NCBI GenBank assembly: GCA_963675495.1
Contig: OY776215.1
Location: 64,001-128,000, forward strand
Direction of reading: 5' to 3'
Source: an uncultured Methanolobus sp.
GTDB taxonomy: Archaea; Halobacteriota; Methanosarcinia; Methanosarcinales; Methanosarcinaceae
DNA: 64,000 nucleotides
Positions within the stretch are counted from its first letter, which is position 1. Each line of letters opens with the position of its first letter. The notes under the pieces are model-generated. The model was given only the letters and a program-made list of their open reading frames with translations. It was not told the origin of the DNA and did not search any database. Shown here one piece after another: positions 50,954 to 62,363 of this stretch. A program made the position numbers and the translations under genes.

Positions 50954-51069
50954 TTTTATCAATATAAGTTGGACAAAATTGCTTGTGAAGGGGTTGGAGT
51001 TTTATGAGGTACCTCTCAATCCAACAAAAGGGTGCCTGTTAACTTTATTATGTAAATGGTCCTTTTTCT

Positions 51070-51258
51070 TTTTCTGTAGAAATCCTTATTTTGACAAAAA
51101 ATAACCTTGAAATACTCATAAGTTTTCCCCTCACCTCTTTTTTTTAACATGAGTCCCTATAATGGTTTTTCTAATCTTCATTTCATATGATGTAAAATTA
51201 CACCTAGAAAACCCATTAGTTTCTTTCTTACCTGAATACCGAGGAGTTCTAAAGAGCC
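51070..51258. mobile_element. MITE-like IS5-type remnant, copy 2 (eroded left TIR, intact right TIR)
   Basis: 51073-51197 aligns with copy 1. GGAGTTCTAAAGAGCC (51243-51258) is a 14/16 inverted match to the copy-1 left end. Confidence 0.7.
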
Positions 51259-51386
51259 ATTTTTTTAATTAATTCATTATATTTTTTATTTTTAGTTTTA
51301 CACATGGCACAAACCAAAGAATTTAAATTATGTGTCGCAATAAAATCTAATATTGTTTAGGTTGTTATATGTAAGAGGATAGGTCT

Positions 51387-52241
51387 ATGAACAAAAGATT
51401 ATACATGACAATTATTATGAGTCTCATTCTTATGGTTGCGATTATTGGCAGTGGATGTGCTGATTCCCAGGATGCCGATGTTGATGACGAATATGTGGAA
51501 TCTACAGAAGTTGATTCTGTCCCAGAGGAACCAGAGGTCGATGATTCTACTTTTACCAATTCTATTGGTATGCAATTTGTGAAAATCTCAGAAGGTTCCT
51601 TCCTTATGGGGGCACAGGAGGAAGAACTGTACAGTGACAAAGATGAAAGACCTGTACGTGAAGTAACTATTGGCGATGATTTCTATATAGGTATATATGA
51701 AGTAACTCAGGAGCAATGGGAAAAAGTAATGGAGTCCGAGCCATCTTACTTTGAAGGTGCTGATCTGCCTGTTGAGAAAGTTTCCTGGGTTGATGCTAAT
51801 AAATTTATTGATAAGCTCAATAAAATGGAAGACACTGACGCATATCGTCTGCCCACCGAAGCTGAATGGGAATATGCAGCTAAGGCAGGTACAAGTACAG
51901 CTTTCTCATTTGGTGACGATGAATCTATGCTGGAAGCTTATGGTTGGTATGATGATAATTCAGAAGACAAAACACGTCCTGTTGGCATGAAAGAAGCAAA
52001 TCCCTGGGGTCTTTACGATGTTCATGGCAATGTCGCTGAATGGGTGGCTGATGAATACCACAGCAACTACCAGAAAGCACCAACCGATGGAAGTGAATGG
52101 ACTGGTGGAGTTGATAGAAGAGTTATTCGTGGTGGGAGCTGGGAAAATGCAGAATCAAACTGCCGTTCATCTGACAGGGATAGTATCGGTGATGGAAGCC
52201 ACAAGAATTACATTGGTTTCCGCCTTGTGAAAGAGCTTTGA
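51387..52241 (+). CDS. FGE-sulfatase (formylglycine-generating enzyme fold) domain lipoprotein
   Basis: Lipobox GSGC; NSIGMQFV, YEVTQEQW, RLPTEAEWEYAA, NPWGLYDVHGNVAEW, RGGSW and GFRL motifs. Confidence 0.9.
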   Translation: MNKRLYMTIIMSLILMVAIIGSGCADSQDADVDDEYVESTEVDSVPEEPEVDDSTFTNSIGMQFVKISEGSFLMGAQEEELYSDKDERPVREVTIGDDFYIGIYEVTQEQWEKVMESEPSYFEGADLPVEKVSWVDANKFIDKLNKMEDTDAYRLPTEAEWEYAAKAGTSTAFSFGDDESMLEAYGWYDDNSEDKTRPVGMKEANPWGLYDVHGNVAEWVADEYHSNYQKAPTDGSEWTGGVDRRVIRGGSWENAESNCRSSDRDSIGDGSHKNYIGFRLVKEL

Positions 52242-52486
52242 TATCCATTGTGGATATCTGGCTTCTATTTTTTTTTATCTTATTTGCTCTCATTTTTTCA
52301 GGATAATCATTCAATTCGAAACTTTTAAGTATCATTCATGATGCCCTTAGTTGAAAAGGAATTCAGTTAGATGAAGAAAAATGGTTTATCATGATGCAAT
52401 ATATTTAAATTGAATATTGCAGTAGGAATATCACAATTACTCTTACACTTATATTTACAATTAACTTCCAGCATGGAGAATCCCAT

Positions 52487-55400
52487 ATGATAGAGGAGAT
52501 TACCAATCAATACGACCCACAGAAAATAGAGAAGAAGGTACATGATTTCTGGACAGAGGTCGATGCCTATTCCAAGGTACGTGAGCACAGAAAGGGTGGA
52601 AAAAAGTTCTTTTTCGTGGACGGTCCACCATACACCACCGGACATATACATCTGGGGACTGCCTGGAATAAGATAATCAAGGATTCCATTTTAAGGTACC
52701 GTTCTATGAATGGTCATGATATCATTGACCGTGCAGGCTGGGATATGCATGGACTTCCAATAGAGGTTAAAGTTGAAGGAGCTCTTGGTTTTACCTCCAA
52801 GAAAGATATTGAGACCTATGGTGTCGGCAATTTTATCGAGAAATGTAAGGAATTCGCTCTTACTCAGAAGGATGATATGACAGGTCAGTTCCAGATGCTT
52901 GGTGCATGGCTTAACTGGGAAGATCCTTATATGACACTCAAAGATGAGTACATCGAGGCTGCCTGGTGGACCCTCAAGCAGGCTCAGGATAAAAATTTGC
53001 TGGAGCTTGGAAAACGTGTGGTCAACTGGTGTCCGCGCTGCGAAACAGCAATTGCGGATTCTGAAGTCGAGTACGAGGAACGCAAAGACCCTTCCATATT
53101 CGTCAAATTCAAGATAAATGGTGAAGAGAATACTTTTGTTGTTATATGGACCACAACCCCATGGACGATTCCTTCAAATGTTGCAGTGGCAGTACATCCG
53201 TCATTTGAGTATTCAAAAGTAAAAGCTGTGGCTTCAGATGGCAAAGAGGAAGTACTTATTGTAGCCTCCGAACTTATGGAAGCTCTGCTCAGGAAAGGAA
53301 GATATGTTGATTATGAAGTGCTCGGTACAATGCTTGGCGAGGACCTCACCTCACTTACCTACGAAAGTCCGCTGTCTGACATGGTGCCAAAACAGGCATC
53401 TATGGAACATGGCATCTATCTTGCTGATTTTGTGACCGCTGAGAATACTGGTTGTGTACACATTGCCCCGGGGCATGGTATGGACGACTTTGAGGTCGGT
53501 AAGAAGAATGGTCTTCCTATCTTCTGTCCAGTGGGTCCTGATGGACGCTACACTGAGGAAGCCGGGGAATATGCAGGTATGCATATACGTGAGGCAAACA
53601 AGGTTATAATCGAGGATCTTAACGAGCGTGGAAACCTTCTTTCAGAAGGGACTATCGAGCATAGGTACGGACATTGCTGGCGCTGTAAGACTCCTATTAT
53701 CTATCTTGCTACTAAACAGTGGTTCATTAAAATAGGTGACCTTAAGGAAGAGATGCTTTCAGAGATCGCTAAAGTAAGCTGGTATCCTGACTGGGCAGGT
53801 TCTGCAAGGTTCAAGGACTGGGTAGAGGGAGCACGTGACTGGTGTATATCACGCCAGAGATACTGGGGTATACCCATACCTGTCTGGATGTGTAATAGCT
53901 GTGACAGGTTGCATGTCATGGGTACAAAAGAAGAACTTCAGGAAATGTCAGGCCTTAATGAAGATATTGAACTTCATAGGCCATACGTAGATGAGGTTTT
54001 GCTGGACTGCGAATGCGGCGGTAAGATGAAACGTGTGGAAGATGTCTTTGATGTCTGGTTCGATTCAGCAGTAGCTTCATGGGCAACCCTGCGCTTCCCG
54101 CAGCAAAAGGAAGAATTTGATAAATGGTGGCCTGCAGACTTCATTACAGAAGGACAGGACCAGACTCGTGGATGGTTCTATTCACAGCTTGGTGCCAGTA
54201 TGGTGGCTTTCGGTAAGGCTCCTTACAAGAGTGTGCTTATGCATGGTTTTACTCTTGATGACAAAGGCAGGAAGATGTCAAAGAGTCTTGGCAATGTCAT
54301 TGCACCAGGTGAAGTCATAGAGAAGTTCGGTGCGGACACGCTGCGTAGTTTCGTGCTCTCTTCAAGTGCACCATGGGATGACCTGAAATTCGTTCAGGAT
54401 GAACTTGGGAATATCAACAGGACACTAAACATCCTCTGGAATGTGTATCGTTTCCCGTTGCCTTACATGGTGCTTGACAAGTTCGATCCTTCAAAGGTAT
54501 CACTTGAATCTGTCAGACCGCACCTTCGTAAAGAAGACAGGTGGATGCTTTCAAGGGCACAGTCACTCATTGCTGATGTTGATGATTCCATGGCCAAGTG
54601 TACACTGCACAGGGCACTGAGGTCTGTAAATGAGTTCGTTCTTGAGGATCTTTCCAGATGGTATATTCAGCTCATCAGGCCAAGAACATGGGTAGAGGCT
54701 GACGATCCGGACAAACTTGCAGTCTATCGTGTACTGTATGATGTATTCGTCCTGACCGCAAAGGTGATTGCACCATTCATGCCACACCTGGCTGAAGAGA
54801 TGTACCAGAATCTTGTGAAGAATGTTTATCCTGATGCTCCGGTATCAATTCACATGACAGACTGGCCGCTTATCGATGAGAGCCTCGTGGACAAGGATCT
54901 TGAAGCTCACATGAAAATGGCTCGTTCAATTGTGGAATCTGCATCAAATGCCCGTCAGAAAGTAGGCAGGAAGCTTAGATGGCCTGTAACACGCATAGTG
55001 CTCACTCCTGAGAACCAGCAGGCAGCTGATGCTGTGATGGATCTCAAGTCTGTGCTCATGGATCAGACCAACTCCAAGGACATTGTGCTAACAGGCATAG
55101 GTGAGTCATGGGATGAACTTGGATTTGAGGTAAATCCAGAACATGGTGCAATTGGTCCTGCATTTAAAGGCGATGCCGGCAAGGTAATTGGAGCTATAAA
55201 GCAGGCTGATGTTACAGAGTTGAAGACTGCACTGGCCCTTGAAGGGCAGTTCGAACTTGAGATGCCTGGCGGAAAAGTCACAATTAAGCCTGAAATGGTG
55301 AACTTCACCGAAACATTGCCTGAAATGGTTGCGAGTGCTCAGTCAAGTGCAGGTATCATTTATGTGGATGCAAACCTCACCCGTGAGATCGAATCTGAAG

Positions 55401-55663
55401 GGTTCACGAGGGAAGTTATCCGCAGGGTACAGGACATGCGAAAAGAACTCGATCTTGCAGTTGATGATAACATCAGGTCACACATACAGATCAATGACGA
55501 AAGAGTCCTGGATCTTGTGCTTGATCGTGAACAGTTCATCGCAAAAGAGACCCGTTCAAATGTTCAGGTGATAGGTCTTGATGTCGACACTTCTGGTTCC
55601 CTTGAGAAAGATTGGAATGTCGAAGGCATATCCATGAAGATCGGTATATCAAAGGTTAACTGA
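52487..55663 (+). CDS. ileS: Isoleucine--tRNA ligase
   Basis: DGPPY...[33 protein letters not shown] and KMSKS motifs. Confidence 0.97.
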   Translation: MIEEITNQYDPQKIEKKVHDFWTEVDAYSKVREHRKGGKKFFFVDGPPYTTGHIHLGTAWNKIIKDSILRYRSMNGHDIIDRAGWDMHGLPIEVKVEGALGFTSKKDIETYGVGNFIEKCKEFALTQKDDMTGQFQMLGAWLNWEDPYMTLKDEYIEAAWWTLKQAQDKNLLELGKRVVNWCPRCETAIADSEVEYEERKDPSIFVKFKINGEENTFVVIWTTTPWTIPSNVAVAVHPSFEYSKVKAVASDGKEEVLIVASELMEALLRKGRYVDYEVLGTMLGEDLTSLTYESPLSDMVPKQASMEHGIYLADFVTAENTGCVHIAPGHGMDDFEVGKKNGLPIFCPVGPDGRYTEEAGEYAGMHIREANKVIIEDLNERGNLLSEGTIEHRYGHCWRCKTPIIYLATKQWFIKIGDLKEEMLSEIAKVSWYPDWAGSARFKDWVEGARDWCISRQRYWGIPIPVWMCNSCDRLHVMGTKEELQEMSGLNEDIELHRPYVDEVLLDCECGGKMKRVEDVFDVWFDSAVASWATLRFPQQKEEFDKWWPADFITEGQDQTRGWFYSQLGASMVAFGKAPYKSVLMHGFTLDDKGRKMSKSLGNVIAPGEVIEKFGADTLRSFVLSSSAPWDDLKFVQDELGNINRTLNILWNVYRFPLPYMVLDKFDPSKVSLESVRPHLRKEDRWMLSRAQSLIADVDDSMAKCTLHRALRSVNEFVLEDLSRWYIQLIRPRTWVEADDPDKLAVYRVLYDVFVLTAKVIAPFMPHLAEEMYQNLVKNVYPDAPVSIHMTDWPLIDESLVDKDLEAHMKMARSIVESASNARQKVGRKLRWPVTRIVLTPENQQAADAVMDLKSVLMDQTNSKDIVLTGIGESWDELGFEVNPEHGAIGPAFKGDAGKVIGAIKQADVTELKTALALEGQFELEMPGGKVTIKPEMVNFTETLPEMVASAQSSAGIIYVDANLTREIESEGFTREVIRRVQDMRKELDLAVDDNIRSHIQINDERVLDLVLDREQFIAKETRSNVQVIGLDVDTSGSLEKDWNVEGISMKIGISKVN

Positions 55664-55669
55664 GGATAT

Positions 55670-56299
55670 ATGGACTTTAATGAATGGGAGCCCATTTACG
55701 AGTCCATATTAAAAGACATGGGCTTTAACAGGGAAGATGATGAGCAGGCCGCTCTCATCCTTTCTTGTATGCTCAAAGCCTCAAATACCATTGGTGTTCT
55801 TAAGCTTCATCAATTGATCGAAGGAAAAGATGTACTTGTATGTGGCAATGCTCCAGTTCTTCATGATGAACTGGAACTTATTAACGCAGGTGATTTTATC
55901 ATAATAGCTGCAGATGGAGCAGCTGCTGTGCTTGTTGACCATGATATCATTCCTGAAATTATAGTGACTGATCTTGATGGCGATGTTGAAAAGGAAATGA
56001 TTGCCAACCAAAGAGGGTCTTTGATGGTCGTGCATGCACATGGTGACAACATCGATAAGTTAAAGATGTATGTTCCTCTGCTGACAAAGATGGTTGGAAG
56101 TACACAGGCAAAACCTTTGGATAATGTGTATAATTTCGGAGGTTTTAGCGACGGTGACAGGTGCGTTTATCTTGCAAAAGAATTTGGTGCTGCCAGTATA
56201 ACTATCATAGGTTTTGATTTTGATGATGAAAATGTCGATCCTATCAAGAAAAAGAAACTTAAATGGGCTCGCTTGCTTATTGATAATATAATTCCTTAA
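55670..56299 (+). CDS. mptE: 6-hydroxymethyl-7,8-dihydropterin pyrophosphokinase MptE (DUF115)
   Basis: AADGA, VTDLDG, HAHGDN, NFGGFSDGDR and KKKKLKWA motifs. Confidence 0.88.
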   Translation: MDFNEWEPIYESILKDMGFNREDDEQAALILSCMLKASNTIGVLKLHQLIEGKDVLVCGNAPVLHDELELINAGDFIIIAADGAAAVLVDHDIIPEIIVTDLDGDVEKEMIANQRGSLMVVHAHGDNIDKLKMYVPLLTKMVGSTQAKPLDNVYNFGGFSDGDRCVYLAKEFGAASITIIGFDFDDENVDPIKKKKLKWARLLIDNIIP

Positions 56300-56399
56300 A
56301 ATCATTGGATGTTTTATTTATCTTTTTTTCAAGTTCTTTACAGATACTGATTTATCAGAATCTATTTATATTTTCGTTATAAATATCTACAGGAGTTTC

Positions 56400-57503
56400 A
56401 TGCAAACACTGGTAATCTGCATAGACAGGGATAATGACCTTGGGGACAAAGCAAATGTTCAGGTGCCTCTGATAGGCAAAGAGGCGAATATAGAGGCAGC
56501 AGTCAAGCTTGCAACAGCAGACCCTGAAGATTCTGATACTAATACTATCTTCGGAGGTGTCAAGATACTTGACGAGTTGCTTGAAAGGGGAATAAATGCG
56601 GAAATAATTACTTTTGCAGGCGACAGGAACATTGGTATAATCTCTGACCAGAAGATAGCCAACCAGCTTGACATGATCCTGAAGAAATTTCCGGCAGAAT
56701 CTGCGATATTCGTATCCGATGGTGCTGAGGATGAAACGCTGTTACCCATTGTCCAGTCAAGGATCAAGATCGATTCTGTAAGAAGAATCGTGGTTATGCA
56801 GAGTGCCAATCTGGAAAGTACCTACTACATAATCAAACATGCTTTTAATGACCCAAAAATATCCCAGACATTCTTTGTTCCGCTGGGACTTGCGTCTCTA
56901 ATCTATGCTTTCTTCCTGCTGATAAACTATTCTCAGGGTGCTATCATAGGTATTCTGGCGGCTGTGGGTCTCTATATGCTTTATCGTGGATTCAGCGACA
57001 CGGTTACTTTCTACTGGGAACAGTTAAAAGACTCTTTCCATTCAGGAAGGATGACATTTTTCACTTATTCAACGGCGGTTTTCTTAATATTAGTGGCTAC
57101 TTTGTTAGGTCTTATGGATGTGTGGTCATTTTACACAGCAGAAGGCATATGGTACTATGGAGTTATTCCGCTGTTCACGGCTTTTATTAATAAGACTATC
57201 TGGATCTACGTTCTGGCAATCCTTTTTGCAGATGCGGGAAAGATCATAGATTGTAAGAAACGCGGTGATTCTTTTAAACGGTACCTGATACCTGCTTTCT
57301 TTGTGGTGTCCATAGGTTTCCTTTTCTGGGGATCCACCAGTTATATTATGTCAATGAGCCCGGTGCTTGGAAACGGCATAAGTGATCCGCGTGCAGGACT
57401 GGAATTATTCGTATATTCAATCGTATTTGCTATCATCCTTGCACTGACGGGAATCAAAGTATCAAATAGTCCGCAGGCGACCGGGAAAAAGTCTAAAAGG
57501 TAA
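56400..57503 (+). CDS. DUF373 family membrane protein
   Basis: CIDRDNDLG, DPEDSDTN, SDGAEDE and QSANLESTYY motifs, followed by TM helices. Confidence 0.85.
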   Translation: MQTLVICIDRDNDLGDKANVQVPLIGKEANIEAAVKLATADPEDSDTNTIFGGVKILDELLERGINAEIITFAGDRNIGIISDQKIANQLDMILKKFPAESAIFVSDGAEDETLLPIVQSRIKIDSVRRIVVMQSANLESTYYIIKHAFNDPKISQTFFVPLGLASLIYAFFLLINYSQGAIIGILAAVGLYMLYRGFSDTVTFYWEQLKDSFHSGRMTFFTYSTAVFLILVATLLGLMDVWSFYTAEGIWYYGVIPLFTAFINKTIWIYVLAILFADAGKIIDCKKRGDSFKRYLIPAFFVVSIGFLFWGSTSYIMSMSPVLGNGISDPRAGLELFVYSIVFAIILALTGIKVSNSPQATGKKSKR

Positions 57504-57507
57504 AACT

Positions 57508-58302
57508 ATGCAGGAAAAAGACAATATGCATCATGATCTGGATCTGCATGCTGCTCTAATAGGCGGGGTTGCTTTCACTTCAGAGGGGTCATATCAGGAA
57601 TTGCCTGTGAGTACTCCTTATGGTGATGTCCTCGTCTATATTTTGGAAATTGGGGGTAGGAATGTTGCATTGGTACCCAGACATGCAGATGGTGACCGGC
57701 ATGTTCCTCCTCACATGCTTAACAATCGGGCAAATATTCATGCCATACATGAATTGGGTTTGAAGAGGGTAATTGCCACAAATTCTGTAGGTACTATGAA
57801 AAATCATCCTGTTGGAAGTTTCTTTTTGCCCAACGATTTTATAGATTTTACTAAGAACCGGCCTTCAACATTCTTTAATGAAAAGACGATACATGTAGAC
57901 GTAAGTGAACCTTATTGTCCTCAGATGCGCCAGCTAATGGGTGATTCCCTTACTAAACGAAATATTGGTTTTTCAGAAGGTGTTTATGCCTGCACCGAAG
58001 GCCCAAGATTTGAAACAAAAGCGGAAATACGTATGATGCGACAATTCGGGGATGTCGTGGGTATGACCGGTCTGCCTGAGCTTGTGCTGGCAAAAGAGCT
58101 GAACATGTGTTATGCATCCATCTGTACCGTAACCAATGATGCATGCGGGCTGGGAAAGGGCAAGATGACCGTCAGTGAAGTGCTTGAGACTCTCGACGGC
58201 AGAAAAGACAGATTAAGGGACGTATTATCAGATGTTATACGCTCGTTTCCAAAAAAGGATGCCTGTAATTGTTCTCTGGCAACCTCGGATGCGGAGCTTT
58301 AA
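57508..58302 (+). CDS. MTAP-family (methylthioinosine/methylthioadenosine) phosphorylase
   Basis: TPYG, PRH, PPH, EGPRFETKAEI, VVGMT and VTN motifs. Confidence 0.88.
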   Translation: MQEKDNMHHDLDLHAALIGGVAFTSEGSYQELPVSTPYGDVLVYILEIGGRNVALVPRHADGDRHVPPHMLNNRANIHAIHELGLKRVIATNSVGTMKNHPVGSFFLPNDFIDFTKNRPSTFFNEKTIHVDVSEPYCPQMRQLMGDSLTKRNIGFSEGVYACTEGPRFETKAEIRMMRQFGDVVGMTGLPELVLAKELNMCYASICTVTNDACGLGKGKMTVSEVLETLDGRKDRLRDVLSDVIRSFPKKDACNCSLATSDAEL

Positions 58303-58321
58303 AAATTAGGATTCAGGTGTA

Positions 58322-59155
58322 TCATGCAATATCCCTGGATGTATCGATCTGTATACCCTCGCTAATCTTGAATTTTATGATCTCGGCGCTGGGGATCATT
58401 CCTCTTATCTTTGGAATTGCAAGTTTGCATGCTACTTTATCAGCTCCTTTTTCGAGCATCGACTCAAAGATAACATCGCATACATTGAAAGTAAAGCCCT
58501 CAATATCCTGTGCGTTAGTGTTGTTCAACCCATACAGGTATGTCAGGCATCCAAGATCCTTTGTTGTTTCATAGAGCACATTAACAAGTTGCTTAATGTG
58601 TCCTTTGTTAACAGTAAGCTCCATGAAGAATGAGAATGAATCGAAGATTATGTTCACTTCTTCACCACTTGAATCATTTGCAATGTTGCGCAGGTTGAAC
58701 TCTGTGAAATCTATTATTTTTGCATCTATGAATTCGTTACCTACGTTATCGGATTTATCCCCACATACAGTACAATAGTACTCACTGTATATGTCCACAA
58801 AGATGATGTTTGTTGGATCAAATCCAAGTTTTATCACATCATTGAGCACAAACCTTGGTTTCCTGCTTGTTGTGAAATAATAGGTTTTGCGTGATTGTGT
58901 GAATTGATAAAGAAAGACCTCAGACATTGAACGTGGGTCAGCTGAAAAGTATGTAAGCGATCCAGCTGGCAAACCTCCTCCCAGTATCCTGTCAAGAGCT
59001 AAAATTCCAGTTGAAATCATATGGAATATATCTTCTACTACCTGATCAGGTTCCTGTTTTTTAAGGCTTTGATAAAGGGAAGGTTCTGTCTCATCTCTGG
59101 ATTCGGCTTCAAGGCTAATGGTTCCAGTTTCCATCATGTTTTTAGAATCCAGCAT
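58322..59155 (-). CDS. RAD55/KaiC-like RecA-fold protein with degenerate Walker A
   Basis: STGILALDRILGGGLPAGS and C-terminal IPKIRG...GIQIDTSRDIA; P-loop reads ADPRSMSE. Confidence 0.78.
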   Translation of the reverse strand: MLDSKNMMETGTISLEAESRDETEPSLYQSLKKQEPDQVVEDIFHMISTGILALDRILGGGLPAGSLTYFSADPRSMSEVFLYQFTQSRKTYYFTTSRKPRFVLNDVIKLGFDPTNIIFVDIYSEYYCTVCGDKSDNVGNEFIDAKIIDFTEFNLRNIANDSSGEEVNIIFDSFSFFMELTVNKGHIKQLVNVLYETTKDLGCLTYLYGLNNTNAQDIEGFTFNVCDVIFESMLEKGADKVACKLAIPKIRGMIPSAEIIKFKISEGIQIDTSRDIA

Positions 59156-59264
59156 TTTTCATCCTCAATTATACTAAGTTATTATATATTGTTTAATGTT
59201 ATAAAATACTTCTTTCAGGTAAATACAATAGTATTTATAGACTATCAGTTATCAAAGAGCATCA

Positions 59265-61742
59265 ATGACTCTCTGGATACTTGCAAGCACCGAAAGGTCC
59301 AAAATTATTATCCTGCCGATACGGGATAAAAAGAAAAAGCCTCTTTTTGTCGGTGAACTTGTCCTGAGACAGACTGACGCAGGTCCGCGTCCGCATAAAT
59401 TCAAGGTCAAAACCGATGGGAAAGGAGAGTACAGACCACCATCGGAATTTGTTGACCTTATAAGAATAGCTGATCGTATAATGATAGCAAGGGGCGGTGA
59501 CGATGAACAGGCTGCCAGGTTTGTCGAAATGCTTCAGGGTTTCCAGCTCAGTGCAGATCTTGTAAATGCATGCAGATTCTGTTTGCTGAAGAACAAGTTC
59601 AATTTCCTGAACAGACGCTCAATAAAATATCATCGGGGCAAAATATGTGAGGAATGTGCACGGGAGGAACTCTTCCGTACGCTCAAAAGTTCCCACGTGA
59701 ATTATGGGGATGACGTGTGTCAGCGGTTTGAAGATATAATGCTCAAGACAAAGGACCTTGACAGAACCATGGCTATGATAAGCCCTGATGAGCTGGACCG
59801 TGAGCTTACAAAATTTGATTCCATTGCTGCCAATACTTCCGTATCAAAGGAAATGATAAAGAACCTGCCTCTTCACAAGAGCTTTAAAAAGTTGCTTCTT
59901 GCAAAATCTGAAACTCTTCTGCCGGTACAAGCTCTTTCAGTGGAAAATGGTCTTCTTAAAGGACAGAACCAGCTTGTTACGTCTGTTACAGCTACAGGTA
60001 AGACTTTGATAGCTGAGTTGGCAGGCGTTGAGAATATTCTAAGAAAGAAGGGCAGAATGCTCTATCTTGTACCGTTGGTAGCACTTGCTAACCAGAAATA
60101 TGACCAGTTCACAAAACGATATTCGCCCATTGGTATCAAAACATCTATCAGGGTGGGTAGTGCACGTATCAAAACCTCAAAGAATGCTTCAATGACGCGA
60201 ACCCTGGATTCGGATATAATAATAGGGACTTATGAAGGGCTTGACTATATCCTCAGGACAGGTGGTGCTGACCTGCTGGGACATGTTGGAACAGTTGTAA
60301 TAGATGAGGTTCACACAATTGAGGATTCTGAAAGAGGTCACCGACTGGATGGTGCTATTGCGAGGTTGAAGTATATTGCACCAGATGCGCAATTCATCTA
60401 TTTATCGGCAACCATAGCCAAGCCGCAGTTGCGTGCGAAACAGCTTGGTGCGAAGCTCATTGAATATGAGTATCGTCCCGTACCTATTGAAAGACATCTG
60501 ATACTTTGTCCTGAACATTCCAAGACAAAGATAATGGCAAAACTTGTAAGAGAAGAATTTTCTGTAATGTCTTCAAAAGGGCATAAAGGGCAGACTATAA
60601 TATTCACTAACTCAAGACGAAATTGCCACCGCATCTCTGAAGCGCTGCCGATATCTGCTGCTCCGTATCATGCTGGTCTTACAAGTCAGGAACGCAAAAA
60701 AATAGAGATCGCGTTTGTCAAAGGCAAACTTCCTGTTGTTGTAACAACAGCAGCCCTTGCAGCCGGGGTGGATTTCCCGGCATCACAGGTTATATTTGAA
60801 TCTCTGGCAATGGGTATTTCATGGCTCACAATGCAGGACTTCCTTCAAATGCTGGGGCGTGCAGGAAGACCTGATTACCACGACCGTGGTGAGGTTATAG
60901 TGCTTGCTGTTCCGAACAAAAAATATTCGGGAGATAAGGATGATACCGAGGATGCTGTTGCCCTGAAATTACTTAAAGGTGAGATGCTGCATACCAAGGT
61001 CCAGTATGGTGACGATGAACAACTGGAAGAAGTTCTCGCATCAGCTGCTGTGACTTCTTCACGGAAGGACCTTGAAAAGATCCATTCCAACATGCTGGCT
61101 GATTATAACGTAGGTATTTTGCTTAAAAAACTTGCAAGAAATAAGTTCCTGCATGCAAAAGGCGATCTTATTTCGCTTACAAGATTTGGAAAGATCGCAG
61201 CCGGGCATTTTCTTTCAGTTTCAACAGCATTTCTGATACGTGATTCCGTTCTTGTTGAGCAGGATCCACTGGTTACTGTTTCCAATCTGGAGTTCTTTGA
61301 TTCGGTCTATTACAAGTATGCTCCTCGTATATCTGCTGCTCTAAATGTGAATCTTCCTTCCAGGGTGTTTCAGGGAGCTTCTCTGGATATTTTGTTTGAA
61401 GGAGAAAATATGGATAAACTGGATATCACGCTGCGTGACCAGTTGTTCGAGTTTGCTGCTGATTTTCTGACATGTAATTGTCGTGATTCTCCTTATTGTG
61501 GTTGTGCTGAGCGTAAGTTCTCAGAGAAGATAATTTCTATAAGGGCAGAAGGCTACGAGCCGGATGGGATTGTAAGGAAACTTGAAAATCTTTATGGCAT
61601 AACTGCTTACCCGGGTGATGTGCTTGGATATCTTGATAATGTGGTACGTAATCTCGAGGCTGTGGAAATGATCGCCGCAGCACATTCCAAAAGAGAGGTC
61701 TCTTTAAGGGCAAGGGGTCTTAGGAAACTCGTTGAGGGCTGA
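59265..61742 (+). CDS. Archaea-specific Ski2-like DExH helicase (ASH-Ski2/COG1202-like)
   Basis: TATGKT, DEVH, LSAT, QMLGRAGRP; N-terminal CxxC...CxxC and C-terminal CNCRDSPYCGC. Confidence 0.9.
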   Translation: MTLWILASTERSKIIILPIRDKKKKPLFVGELVLRQTDAGPRPHKFKVKTDGKGEYRPPSEFVDLIRIADRIMIARGGDDEQAARFVEMLQGFQLSADLVNACRFCLLKNKFNFLNRRSIKYHRGKICEECAREELFRTLKSSHVNYGDDVCQRFEDIMLKTKDLDRTMAMISPDELDRELTKFDSIAANTSVSKEMIKNLPLHKSFKKLLLAKSETLLPVQALSVENGLLKGQNQLVTSVTATGKTLIAELAGVENILRKKGRMLYLVPLVALANQKYDQFTKRYSPIGIKTSIRVGSARIKTSKNASMTRTLDSDIIIGTYEGLDYILRTGGADLLGHVGTVVIDEVHTIEDSERGHRLDGAIARLKYIAPDAQFIYLSATIAKPQLRAKQLGAKLIEYEYRPVPIERHLILCPEHSKTKIMAKLVREEFSVMSSKGHKGQTIIFTNSRRNCHRISEALPISAAPYHAGLTSQERKKIEIAFVKGKLPVVVTTAALAAGVDFPASQVIFESLAMGISWLTMQDFLQMLGRAGRPDYHDRGEVIVLAVPNKKYSGDKDDTEDAVALKLLKGEMLHTKVQYGDDEQLEEVLASAAVTSSRKDLEKIHSNMLADYNVGILLKKLARNKFLHAKGDLISLTRFGKIAAGHFLSVSTAFLIRDSVLVEQDPLVTVSNLEFFDSVYYKYAPRISAALNVNLPSRVFQGASLDILFEGENMDKLDITLRDQLFEFAADFLTCNCRDSPYCGCAERKFSEKIISIRAEGYEPDGIVRKLENLYGITAYPGDVLGYLDNVVRNLEAVEMIAAAHSKREVSLRARGLRKLVEG

Positions 61743-61864
61743 TACAATAATTTGTTGAGTAAAGCAATTATTATTGGCATCAAAAATTATAATAGTTATG
61801 TCTGCAGATAGATGCCCATTAAGAGTGTGATTAGATGGGCACAGAAGAACAAGAAGGTGACGTG

Positions 61865-62239
61865 ATGACCGATAAACCGGAAGAGATTAAGAAAAAGAAG
61901 AATGTCAGGATAGAACTGCATAAACCGGATGATTTTAAGCAGGTCTATTCCATTGGCGCAGTGGGTGGACACAGTCCTTATGATTTCAGGATTGGGTTCT
62001 ACAATGATATGCCTATGGCTGTTAGCAAGAAAGGTGATGAGCAGGTTATTCAGAGAAGGCTTGAGACTGAAGTTATACTTTCTCCACTGGCAACTGTTGA
62101 ACTTGTGCGCTGGCTCAATCAGCATATACAAAACTATGAAGCCACATTTGGTCCAATTGCAAAACCCCAAATGGGTGTAAAAAAGACGAAGAAACCAGAT
62201 GCTGTGCAGGATAGTACTGAACTACAAGGTTATATGTGA
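61865..62239 (+). CDS. DUF3467-like protein
   Basis: YSIGAVGGHSPYDFRIGFYND...EVILSP...YEATFGPI; AGGTGA RBS. Confidence 0.7.
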   Translation: MTDKPEEIKKKKNVRIELHKPDDFKQVYSIGAVGGHSPYDFRIGFYNDMPMAVSKKGDEQVIQRRLETEVILSPLATVELVRWLNQHIQNYEATFGPIAKPQMGVKKTKKPDAVQDSTELQGYM

Positions 62240-62363
62240 CCTTGCAGTAAGTATTTATGTGCAAATCGTCAAGAATAAATATGATATTGGCTATTTTAAT
62301 TAGCCTGAATATAGAATGGCATATAGATAATATTATTCTTTTAAATGAAAGCGAGGATTAATT

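Noticed and set aside
50993-51025. Palindromic GTTGGA...GAGGTACCTC...TCCAAC after cobY as a cobalamin riboswitch or ncRNA
   Set aside because: It lies at the 3' end of the operon, is short and has no B12-box. A terminator-associated hairpin is more likely.
51387-52241. FGE-sulfatase protein as a diversity-generating retroelement target or active FGE
   Set aside because: No reverse transcriptase or template repeat in the window, and the catalytic Cys pair of true FGE is not evident.
52250-52486. T-box-like leader before ileS
   Set aside because: No T-box consensus seen, and T-boxes are bacterial.
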